Positions 16,845 through 24,062 of a stretch of 32,000 nucleotides of DNA are shown here, in pieces (the first letter of the stretch is position 1; every line of letters begins with the position of its first letter). The stretch spans positions 1,020,001-1,052,000 of the forward strand of contig NC_009776.1 in the NCBI RefSeq assembly GCF_000017945.1, given 5' to 3'. Source of the DNA: Ignicoccus hospitalis KIN4/I. Its GTDB lineage: Archaea > Thermoproteota > Thermoprotei_A > Sulfolobales > Ignicoccaceae. Position numbers and translations under genes: made by a program. The notes under the pieces were generated by a model, which was not told the origin of the DNA, did no database searches, and was given only the letters and a program-made list of their open reading frames with translations.

Positions 16845-17575
16845 GGAAGGTCAAGTTCGTCCCCACCGGCGAGGGGCCCGAGGACCTCAAGGGCTCATTG
16901 CTCGTCACGGGCTTCATGGGCTTCGGCCTAGTGGGCTTCATAGCTACCGACTTCTTGCTGAACAAGCTAAAACCTAAGAAGATAGGGTACTTCGTCACCA
17001 AGTACTTGCCGGAGCAAGTGTCCTACTCGGAGGAGAGGGGGCTGGAGCTCCCCTTCGAGCTCTATTACAAAGAAGTGGATGGCAAGAAGATATTAATCTT
17101 AATGAACAGGTGGATACCCGTTACGGTGGAGAGGTTCGCTTACGCGGACTACGTCGTCAAGTGGGCTAAGAAGAGGGGAGTTGAAGCTATTTACGCCTTC
17201 GGGGGCTTGGACAACTCCTACAAGGAGGAGCCCAAGGAGAGGCTGAGGTGGGTCAAGACTAGACACTACGACGGCCCCTTGCCGGAGGGCAAGCCCATGA
17301 CTGGGGGGCTCAAGGTCATAGGCCCTCTGGCCCTCTTGCTGGCCTCCGCGGAGGTTAGGGGCGTGAAGGCTCTAGCGATATTGCCCTTCTGTGAGTCCAT
17401 GAGACAAGACCCGAGGGCCTCGGCGGTCGGACTTCAAGAGTTCGCGAGGATAGTGGACTTGAGCTTGGACGTGAGCGAGCTCGTGGAGAGGGCCGAGAGC
17501 ATAGAGTCGGAGCTGGAGAGGCTCCGGAAGATGTTGGAGTCCGGGGCCACCGGGAGGGAGTCTCACTACATGTAG
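16841..17575 (+). CDS. PAC2-family proteasome assembly chaperone (PbaB-like)
   Basis: LLVTGFMGFGLVGFIATDFL, IYAFGGL, IGPLALLLASAEVRGVKALAILPFCE and QDPRASAVGLQEFARIVDLSLDVSEL follow the PAC2/COG1938 pattern. The C-terminus is ...SHYM, with a penultimate Tyr. Confidence 0.72.
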   Translation: MRKVKFVPTGEGPEDLKGSLLVTGFMGFGLVGFIATDFLLNKLKPKKIGYFVTKYLPEQVSYSEERGLELPFELYYKEVDGKKILILMNRWIPVTVERFAYADYVVKWAKKRGVEAIYAFGGLDNSYKEEPKERLRWVKTRHYDGPLPEGKPMTGGLKVIGPLALLLASAEVRGVKALAILPFCESMRQDPRASAVGLQEFARIVDLSLDVSELVERAESIESELERLRKMLESGATGRESHYM

Positions 17576-18111
17576 TCCTTTAACTTCTCCGCCAAGTCTT
17601 TGGGCAAGGGCTGCGGGCACTCTATTTGTGAAAAGGGGTAAGCCCCCTCCAGCCCCTCGGGCACCTTGAGCCCGCAGCCCGCCTCCACCTCTCCCTCGCC
17701 CACCTCCCTCGCCCTCCTCAACGACTCCATTAGGAAGTGGACCGACGGTGAGAGGGAGTCCGCCACGAAGAGCGCTCTAGGGTAGGAGTAGTCCGGACAC
17801 TCGAGCTTCAGCCTCCTCAACATCTCCAGCCCCCGGGAGGTGGTCCGGCAGACGAAGTCGGCGTACTGGAAGAAGCGCCCTATCGGTATTAGGGCCCTCG
17901 CGTACCTCAAGGCCCTCTCCACCCTCTCGGGGCCGATCACCACGTCGCACCCGGAGAGGACCTTCAAGGCGGCCTCGCACTCGTCCTTCGCCTCACAACA
18001 CTTGAGCTCCCCGCAGAGCTCCCTCGCGTTGGCGACCGGAGTCTCTATCCCTAAGTCCTTTATCACCAGCACTCTGGCCCCGCACTGGCCGGCCTTGTAG
18101 GAGGCCCTCAA
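17566..18111 (-). CDS. hypothetical Cys-rich protein (10 Cys in 181 aa)
   Basis: The TTG start is 3 nt after the rpo8 stop on the same strand. Clustered Cys occur in LCGELKCCEAKDECEAA. No family was recognised. Confidence 0.5.
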   Translation of the reverse strand: MRASYKAGQCGARVLVIKDLGIETPVANARELCGELKCCEAKDECEAALKVLSGCDVVIGPERVERALRYARALIPIGRFFQYADFVCRTTSRGLEMLRRLKLECPDYSYPRALFVADSLSPSVHFLMESLRRAREVGEGEVEAGCGLKVPEGLEGAYPFSQIECPQPLPKDLAEKLKDYM

Positions 18112-18114
18112 GGC

Positions 18115-18447
18115 TTATTCCTCCTTCATTAGGCATATGTAGTACTTCACGTTTTCTTTAAACTTCTCTTGGAAGTTGTGCAGCACGACCACGAAGCCCC
18201 CTATTGAGAACAGCTTCTTGTCGCCGTCGTCCCTCACCAGAACTCCCCTGCCGCAGAAGTCCACCCCTTGCTTGAACTGCGGCACCTCCTCGCTCACTAC
18301 GAACCTCGCGGCCTCGCCCTTTACGAACGTTATCAAGTCCTCGTGTAACAGCATTTCCACCTTCTTGTCGTCGCACTCAAACACCAATATGTTGGTGTAT
18401 GGTATCTTACCCTTCTGTATGTCGGTAACCTTGCCGCTGCACTCCAA
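18115..18447 (-). CDS. rpo8: DNA-directed RNA polymerase subunit Rpo8 (RpoG)
   Basis: DFCGRGVLV...LFSIGGFVVVL...YYICLMKE parallels Sulfolobus Rpo8 as I recall it (DFCGHGYIV...ISLFGLLVKI...IYFCVKK). Size and position are compatible. The call rests on recalled similarity only. Confidence 0.65.
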   Translation of the reverse strand: MECSGKVTDIQKGKIPYTNILVFECDDKKVEMLLHEDLITFVKGEAARFVVSEEVPQFKQGVDFCGRGVLVRDDGDKKLFSIGGFVVVLHNFQEKFKENVKYYICLMKEE

Positions 18448-18477
18448 CCCAAGCCCCGCCGCCGCCTCGAAAAAGGG

Positions 18478-18490
18478 CTTAATTTCTAAG
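18478..18490. promoter_or_regulatory. shared AT-rich TATA island between divergent rpo8 and the membrane protein gene
   Basis: cttaatttctaag lies ~30-40 nt from both starts (18447 minus, 18514 plus). Confidence 0.3.
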
Positions 18491-18513
18491 CCGGAGGGGT
18501 AGGGTAAGGGGAG

Positions 18514-19467
18514 TTGTGGAAGAGAATAGCACTGGGGCTGGCGATCACCGCAGCTGTCATGTGGATTTACATCAAGCTCGCCGGGGTGGACTTGGGCGCG
18601 TTCTGCAAGGTCCCCTTGTACGCGGTCGTAGCTTCGGTGGCCCTCAGCGCCTTGTCAGACGCCGTGAGGGCCTTCAGGTTGAAGCTCCTCACCAAAGGGG
18701 TGGGGGAGGAGCTCAGCCTGAAGGATTCCTTACTCGTATGGGAGGCGTCCAGGCTCTTGGCCGCCTTGACGCCGGGCTTCTACGGGGGCGAGGTGTTGAG
18801 AATAAGCACACTATCCAAGAAGTTCGGCATAAATAAGTCGATCGCAGTAAACGTGCTGGAGACCACCTCGGAAGCGGTAGCTATAGGGGTAAACTCCTTC
18901 GTGGCCTTCGCGATGCTATGGCTGGGCGGCTTCAAAGTTAACGTGGCACCCCTGATCTTCCCCGTCCTCATGGGGGTGGCCCAAGCCCTCGGGGGCTCCT
19001 TGGTCCCCGCCCTCAACTGCCCTAAGGCGCTCAAGGGAAAGGCTAGGGAGCTGTGCGAGGGGATAAGGGAAGCGATAAGCCTGGCCGGCTACGGGACCTT
19101 CGGCTTGGCGGTGCTAGTCTCCACAGTGGGGGTGGCCTTGTACGTCATGTCTTTCGGGGTGATAGCTTCTGCCTTGGAGAGGGCCGGAACTGTGGGGACT
19201 TTGGTCTTCGCGAGCGCGCTCCCGCTGACGGCGATCCCCATAACCCCGGGGGGCGTGGGGCTCCCGGAGAGCGCTTGTACGCTCGCCTACCCCAAGCTGG
19301 CGGAGAGCTTGGCCGTTTGGAGGATAATAAACTTGACCTCCACGGTGTTGGCCTCCACGGCCTCCCTCAGCCTCTTGGGGCTCTTGTCCTCAACTCCTTC
19401 GCTCCCTCGGGGACTACTAGGACGTGGTAGTCGTCCCTCCCGCCGTACGGTTCCCAGTGAACCATGA
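18514..19467 (+). CDS. UPF0104 / lysyl-PG-synthase-TM-like (flippase-like) integral membrane protein
   Basis: About 8 TM segments. AFRLKLL...LAALTPGFYGGEVLRISTLSKKFG...VLETTSEAVAIG resembles the R...P...GGE..R....L signature of that family. The last ~33 codons overlap the convergent gene. Confidence 0.6.
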   Translation: MWKRIALGLAITAAVMWIYIKLAGVDLGAFCKVPLYAVVASVALSALSDAVRAFRLKLLTKGVGEELSLKDSLLVWEASRLLAALTPGFYGGEVLRISTLSKKFGINKSIAVNVLETTSEAVAIGVNSFVAFAMLWLGGFKVNVAPLIFPVLMGVAQALGGSLVPALNCPKALKGKARELCEGIREAISLAGYGTFGLAVLVSTVGVALYVMSFGVIASALERAGTVGTLVFASALPLTAIPITPGGVGLPESACTLAYPKLAESLAVWRIINLTSTVLASTASLSLLGLLSSTPSLPRGLLGRGSRPSRRTVPSEP

Positions 19468-19852
19468 CCACCTTCCCCTTGACGATGCTCCTAAACCTCC
19501 TCACCTCTCCCTTGCCCGTAAGGCCGTAGGCGTAGGTGTCTCCCTCCTCCAGCTCGTCCCCCTCCTTTACCGTGACTCCGACCTTCACGTGGGAGACCTT
19601 GAAGAGCTTCACCTTGCTCCCCTTGGGGACTAGTATGGCCTTGTCCTCGTTAGGCAAGTGTATTAGGAAGGTGACCTTCGCCTCCTCCTTGAGCTTGTCC
19701 ACTATCTCGTCCAGGGGGATCTCGTAGGGCACCTTGCCCAACGCGCCCGGGACCTTCTCTTTAACGAAAACTACTTCGTCGCCCTCCACCACGGCGTACT
19801 CCTCCCCTTCCTTGCCCTCCACGAACAGCCGGGGGAACTTGTAGGGGTCCAT
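19367..19852 (-). CDS. conserved-archaeal-type hypothetical protein with a possible lipoyl/hybrid-barrel-like C-terminal half
   Basis: The ATG shares one nt with the GGPPS stop (TGATG). VKEGDELEEGDTYAYGLTGKGEVRRFRSIVKGKVVMV resembles the V..Gd.V..Gd.l..i.t.KgE.r...s...G.V hairpin of biotinyl/lipoyl-like barrels. This is a weak call. Confidence 0.5.
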   Translation of the reverse strand: MDPYKFPRLFVEGKEGEEYAVVEGDEVVFVKEKVPGALGKVPYEIPLDEIVDKLKEEAKVTFLIHLPNEDKAILVPKGSKVKLFKVSHVKVGVTVKEGDELEEGDTYAYGLTGKGEVRRFRSIVKGKVVMVHWEPYGGRDDYHVLVVPEGAKELRTRAPRG

Positions 19853-20880
19853 CAGTACTCCCTCTTAACCGCAAAGTCCACGAGCTCTTTCAGCGCTCTC
19901 ATTGCCTCCTCGTCCTCGAACCGCACGGTCTCCAATATCTCGTACGCCCTCTTCTCGAACTCTTCGGCGAGCTTCATTGCGTAGTCGAGGGCACCGGACC
20001 TCTTTATCAGTTCAGCGACCTCTTCCAACGCCTCGTAAGAAGTTTCCCTACCTAAGACCGACTTCACCCTCTCGGCCTCGTCCCTCGGCAAGTTCCTTAA
20101 TGCGTATATCACGAGTATCGTTTTCTTTCCCTCTCTCAGGTCGTTGTACTTCGGCTTCCCGGTGACCTTCTCGTCTCCCAACAGCGAGAGTACGTCGTCC
20201 TTTATTTGGAAGGCCTTCCCGAGTATTAGGCCGAACTCCTTCATGAGGTCCTTAACCTCCCTCTTGTTTGCTGTCAAAGCCCCCAGCGCGGCGGAGGCGC
20301 CGAAGAGGGCGCCGGTCTTCTTCTCTATCATCTCTAGGTACTCCTCCTCCGTCACGTCCCAGCGCTTCTCGAACTCCATGTCCATGGCTTGTCCCTCGGC
20401 GACCGTTACGGCGCTCCACGTTAGCACTTCCGTCATCTCCTTTACGAGGTCCGGGGGTTGGGGGGACTGGAGCAAGGCCTCGTAAGCCTTCGCGTAGAGC
20501 AAGTCGCCGGCGAGTATGGCCATGGACTCCCCGTAGAGGACGTGGACCGTGGGCACCCCCCGCCTCAACTCGTCCCTATCCATTATGTCGTCGTGCACCA
20601 GGGTAAAGTTGTGTAAGAGCTCCACCGCGGCCGCGGCGGGCAAGGCGCCCTCCACCTCGCCCCCGAGGGCCTTGTTCACCAAGAGGACCAAGGCGGGCCT
20701 CAGCCTCTTGCCCCCCTTGGAGGGCAAGTGTCTCGCGGCCTCGTAGAGTTCCTTGGGGCTCCCCTCTAGGACTTCCATGATCTTCTTGTCGACCAGAGGT
20801 CTGAACTCGCTGAGGTAGCGCGTTAACGTTTCCACGACTGGTCCCCTAGGCCGCGGAAACGGGATCTTAAAAGGGGTCAA
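19852..20880 (-). CDS. idsA: geranylgeranyl diphosphate synthase (trans-polyprenyl synthetase)
   Basis: The first Asp-rich motif is LVHDDIMDRD and the second is QIKDDVLSLLGD. GGKRLRP is present upstream. Confidence 0.92.
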   Translation of the reverse strand: MTPFKIPFPRPRGPVVETLTRYLSEFRPLVDKKIMEVLEGSPKELYEAARHLPSKGGKRLRPALVLLVNKALGGEVEGALPAAAAVELLHNFTLVHDDIMDRDELRRGVPTVHVLYGESMAILAGDLLYAKAYEALLQSPQPPDLVKEMTEVLTWSAVTVAEGQAMDMEFEKRWDVTEEEYLEMIEKKTGALFGASAALGALTANKREVKDLMKEFGLILGKAFQIKDDVLSLLGDEKVTGKPKYNDLREGKKTILVIYALRNLPRDEAERVKSVLGRETSYEALEEVAELIKRSGALDYAMKLAEEFEKRAYEILETVRFEDEEAMRALKELVDFAVKREY

Positions 20881-20930
20881 CCGGTCCGTGAAGCCGTCAT
20901 CCCAGCCGGTCGTTTACCGCTAAAAGCCGT

Positions 20931-22130
20931 TCATCCCCCGAAGAACTCGTCCGCCAGCAGCTCTTCTTTCTTCTCTTCCTTCCCTTTTTCCTCTCCTCCC
21001 TTCTCCTCTTCCTCTTTCCTCTCCCCGCCCTCCTCGAACAGCAGTCCCTCCTCCGGTATCTCCTCCTCTTCGCCGCCCAACATCTCCTCGCCGAAGAAGG
21101 CCTCCTCGCCGAGCTCCGGCGGGGCCTCTGCTGTGACCTCCACCTCCTTCGCCTCCTTCTTCAGCAGCTCCTTCGCTATGTTCTTTATCCTCTCGACCAA
21201 GTAAGGTTCGGTAAGGTCCAGCACTATTATGTTCTTCATCTGGACTAACATTGAGGCCTCAAAGGCGTTGGCCGGGAGTATGATGACGTAACGGTCCACG
21301 CCAGTGTCCAAGGCCTTGGGCACTCTGGAGGTTATCGCTAGCGAGGGGTCCTTCTCCTCTGCGAAGTCTATCGCCAACACGCGCCCTTGCGGGGTCCTCG
21401 CGATTATGTCGAACACGTGCTCTATGCCGCTCCTCCCCCTCTCCTTGCCGGGGCTCTCCACCATGAGGCCGAGTTCCTTCAAGGCCTCAATTATGTCTTG
21501 CTTGTGCAGCTCCCCGCTGGTCAACAGCCTCTGGCCCAGGGGGGTTAGGGTGAACTCGTACACTGGCTCGTAGCTGGTATTGAGGTAGTCGAACTGGTGG
21601 CCGCAGTTCCTACAGTAGAACACTATGAGCGGCTTGTTGCTCTTCCTCTTACAGTTCAAGCACTCGAAGACCTTACCTATGACGACGTAGTCGAGGCCCT
21701 CCTTCCTCAAGGGCCTCTTACACTTGGGGCACACCAGCTGGCCGGTGTTGGGGTCCCTGAACTTGGACTCCGTGTCTATGTAGCCACACAAGGTGTGCTG
21801 GATTATGTAGGTGGGCTCTATGTTAAAGCTCTTACACCAGGGGCAGAGCAGCCTAGAGGAGACGTGTATTGAGCCGCATCGCGGACAGTGGATAAGCCTG
21901 TCCACAATCGACTTGTCGACCAACTTGTACCTTATGAGCTTTTCAATCGTGCTCCTCCAGTTGGGCAAGTCCTCGAAGGGAGGGTACCTAATTCCGGTCT
22001 CCAGCCCTATCTTGGGCCTAACCGAACCCATCTTGAATATCGTAATTAGGATCTTGCGCGCTATAGGGTCGCTTATGAGCTCCTTCTTAACCTCCTCCGG
22101 GATGCCTAGGGTCGTGGGCTGAAAGGACAC
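20931..22130 (-). CDS. wHTH-like + multi-zinc-ribbon + PD-(D/E)xK-like domain protein with an acidic C-terminal tail
   Basis: There are five CxxC pairs: CPRC/CPWC, CPKC, CLNC and CRNC. A nuclease-like core is GIEHVFDIIARTPQGRVLAIDFAEEK...RYVIILP. In the tail, 29 of the last 74 residues are Glu, and it ends ADEFFGG. The gene has its own TATA (minus-strand ATTTAATAAA, 22164-22173) and a GTG start. Confidence 0.6.
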   Translation of the reverse strand: MSFQPTTLGIPEEVKKELISDPIARKILITIFKMGSVRPKIGLETGIRYPPFEDLPNWRSTIEKLIRYKLVDKSIVDRLIHCPRCGSIHVSSRLLCPWCKSFNIEPTYIIQHTLCGYIDTESKFRDPNTGQLVCPKCKRPLRKEGLDYVVIGKVFECLNCKRKSNKPLIVFYCRNCGHQFDYLNTSYEPVYEFTLTPLGQRLLTSGELHKQDIIEALKELGLMVESPGKERGRSGIEHVFDIIARTPQGRVLAIDFAEEKDPSLAITSRVPKALDTGVDRYVIILPANAFEASMLVQMKNIIVLDLTEPYLVERIKNIAKELLKKEAKEVEVTAEAPPELGEEAFFGEEMLGGEEEEIPEEGLLFEEGGERKEEEEKGGEEKGKEEKKEELLADEFFGG

Positions 22131-22163
22131 TAACGCTCCCGACGCTACGGGTTCACTTCGCCC

Positions 22164-22173
22164 TTTATTAAAT
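22164..22173 (-). promoter_or_regulatory. TATA-box candidate for the zinc-ribbon protein gene, inside the 51-nt gap after the HerA-like gene
   Basis: The minus strand reads ATTTAATAAA about 38 nt upstream of GTG 22130. Confidence 0.35.
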
Positions 22174-22181
22174 GTGGAGTT

Positions 22182-23987
22182 CTAGAGGTAGCCCCTAAGG
22201 GCCGCCTCCACCGCCGCCGCCAAGGCGCGGGCCGGGTCGCAGCCCCCTTCCCCGAGCACGAAGGAGCACTCCCCCACCCTCGCCTTAACTCTGTTCCCTA
22301 CCTTGCTCAAGTATATTTTCTCGGTTACTATAATTCCCTTAGCCCTCTCGATGTCGTCCTTAGTGAAGCTGGTCCCCAAGAGTTCGGCCACCTTAGGCGC
22401 CAACTCCTCCACAGCCCGGACCCTCTCCTTTATCAAGGTCGCCTTCCCCCACTCCTCCACCAAGTCCAAGTCCCCTCCGCCGTAGTCCAGCACCTTCGGC
22501 CTGACCTTGATGAAGGCCGGCTTGGGGAGCGCCGGGCCGACCACTATGGCTTCCCCGGGCTTGAGGGAGGGCAAGTCCGAAGCCAGCCTCGCCCCCAGCT
22601 CCTCCGAGGAGTTCGCCACCGCCTCTTGATCCTTCGGGTTAATTATCCTCATTATTATTTGACTCTGACACTGGCTGAGGACCGTTTGGTCCACCCTGCT
22701 GGGCCTCTGGGTTATTATGGTGAGCAGCACTCCGAACTTCCTCCCCTCCGAGGCAATCCTCTTCAGTAAGCTCGTGGTCCAAACGTTCTCCTCGGACGGG
22801 GGAGGGGCGAAGCGGTGGGCCTCCTCGACCACCACCATTACCGGGAAGGGGTACTTCTCCCCGGGCACCTCCCTCATGTACCTCACCCTCGCTTCGAATA
22901 TCCTCTTGAGGACGTCGTATACCAAGTGGACTTGGACCTCCTTCTTTATGCCGCTCAAGTTGAACACGGTCGCGGTGGAGGGCCTCAAGAACGACATTAA
23001 GGGTGTGGGTCTAGTGTCGTACACGCCGAGCCTCTCCAGCTCAGAGACGTACTTTATTAAGTCGTAGACCGGGTCGGGGCCCTTCCTAACCACGCTCCAC
23101 AGCTTCTTCACCGCCTTCTCTTCTATGGGAAAGTCTCTGGACTTGAGGAGCGAGGCGAACTGGTTGAAGGAGCGAGACACCTCCGAGGCCTCCGCCACCG
23201 CGTTTAGGTACTCCACCATCCTCCTCAAGCTTAGGGCCTCCCGGTCGCCCCCCTCCTTGAAGGCCTTCTGCGCGGCCGACCTGACCCCTTCCAGCACTGC
23301 CCTTATCCTCGTAGCGGTCTTGGGTATCCCCATGACGAACGCGAGTTCGTCGGTATCTACCGTGGTCAAGTCTATCTTGTAGAGCACGTCCCCCTCTTGA
23401 TCGGCGTGGGCCTTCAGTACTAACGCGTCCCCTCCGAGCTCCTCCACCTTCTCCTTTATCGGTACGTACTCGCCGTGAGGGTCCAGTATTAAGACGGTAG
23501 CGCCCTTCTTCAACAGCTCCTCTATCAAGACCACGCTGGTCCAAGTCTTCCCGGAGCCCGTAGCCGCTATTATTGCTAAGTGTCTCACCAAGGCGTTCAT
23601 GTCCAATCTTATTGGGACCGAGGGCCTGTTCTTCAAGTTTCCAATCCATAGCGCCCTCTCCTCGGGAACCTCGTAGAGCGCCGAGACGTCCTCGTCGGAA
23701 GCTAAGTACACCCACTGTCCTACTGAAGGTGTCCCCTCGTCCAAGCTCCTCACCCTCGCTAAGGCGACGGCTGTCTTGCCGTCCAACGGCATCTTGGCTG
23801 CCACGTCCCACGGGACGTCGGAGGGCAAGAACGGCTTGACCCTTATCCACTCCACGTAACCCAACACCTTCTTGCCGTCCTCCTCAAAGTATACAAATTC
23901 GAACTTGCTCAGCTTCGTAGAGCTGTCGAGAACTACGGTATAGGTGTCAAGCCCCTCTACCTCCACCACCCTCCCGACGACCTTCAC
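22182..23987 (-). CDS. HerA-family (DUF87/FtsK-HerA superfamily) hexameric ATPase paralog
   Basis: The N-terminal barrel-like segment is MKVVGRVVEVEG. Walker A is AATGSGKT and Walker B is VMVVVEEAHRF. The HerA hallmark LLTIITQRPSRVDQTVLSQCQSQIIMRIINPKDQ is present. A ~110-aa C-terminal extension follows. Confidence 0.85.
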   Translation of the reverse strand: MKVVGRVVEVEGLDTYTVVLDSSTKLSKFEFVYFEEDGKKVLGYVEWIRVKPFLPSDVPWDVAAKMPLDGKTAVALARVRSLDEGTPSVGQWVYLASDEDVSALYEVPEERALWIGNLKNRPSVPIRLDMNALVRHLAIIAATGSGKTWTSVVLIEELLKKGATVLILDPHGEYVPIKEKVEELGGDALVLKAHADQEGDVLYKIDLTTVDTDELAFVMGIPKTATRIRAVLEGVRSAAQKAFKEGGDREALSLRRMVEYLNAVAEASEVSRSFNQFASLLKSRDFPIEEKAVKKLWSVVRKGPDPVYDLIKYVSELERLGVYDTRPTPLMSFLRPSTATVFNLSGIKKEVQVHLVYDVLKRIFEARVRYMREVPGEKYPFPVMVVVEEAHRFAPPPSEENVWTTSLLKRIASEGRKFGVLLTIITQRPSRVDQTVLSQCQSQIIMRIINPKDQEAVANSSEELGARLASDLPSLKPGEAIVVGPALPKPAFIKVRPKVLDYGGGDLDLVEEWGKATLIKERVRAVEELAPKVAELLGTSFTKDDIERAKGIIVTEKIYLSKVGNRVKARVGECSFVLGEGGCDPARALAAAVEAALRGYL

Positions 23988-24018
23988 AACCGCTTCCTCG
24001 CGGCTTCTTTTGGAACCC

Positions 24019-24031
24019 TAGGTATATGGGG
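24019..24031. promoter_or_regulatory. single TATA-like element centred between the divergent HerA-like and MBL genes
   Basis: ctaGGTATATGGg has its centre (T24025) exactly 38 nt from GTG 23987 (minus) and 38 nt from TTG 24063 (plus). Confidence 0.4.
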
Positions 24032-24062
24032 GCAGAGGGGGCGCCGTCAGTGGCGGAGCCCT

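Noticed and set aside
20931-20975. C-terminal KEELLADEFFGG of the zinc-ribbon protein as a PCNA-interacting PIP box
   Set aside because: The canonical PIP spacing Qxx[LIM]xx[FY][FY] is not met, because Leu is four rather than three residues before the first Phe, and there is no Gln. It is reported only as a generic docking-tail candidate.
23086-23850. 254-aa minus-strand ORF inside the HerA-like gene in another frame
   Set aside because: It is an Arg/Gly-rich out-of-frame shadow of the HerA-like CDS, and the HerA frame carries all the conserved ATPase motifs.
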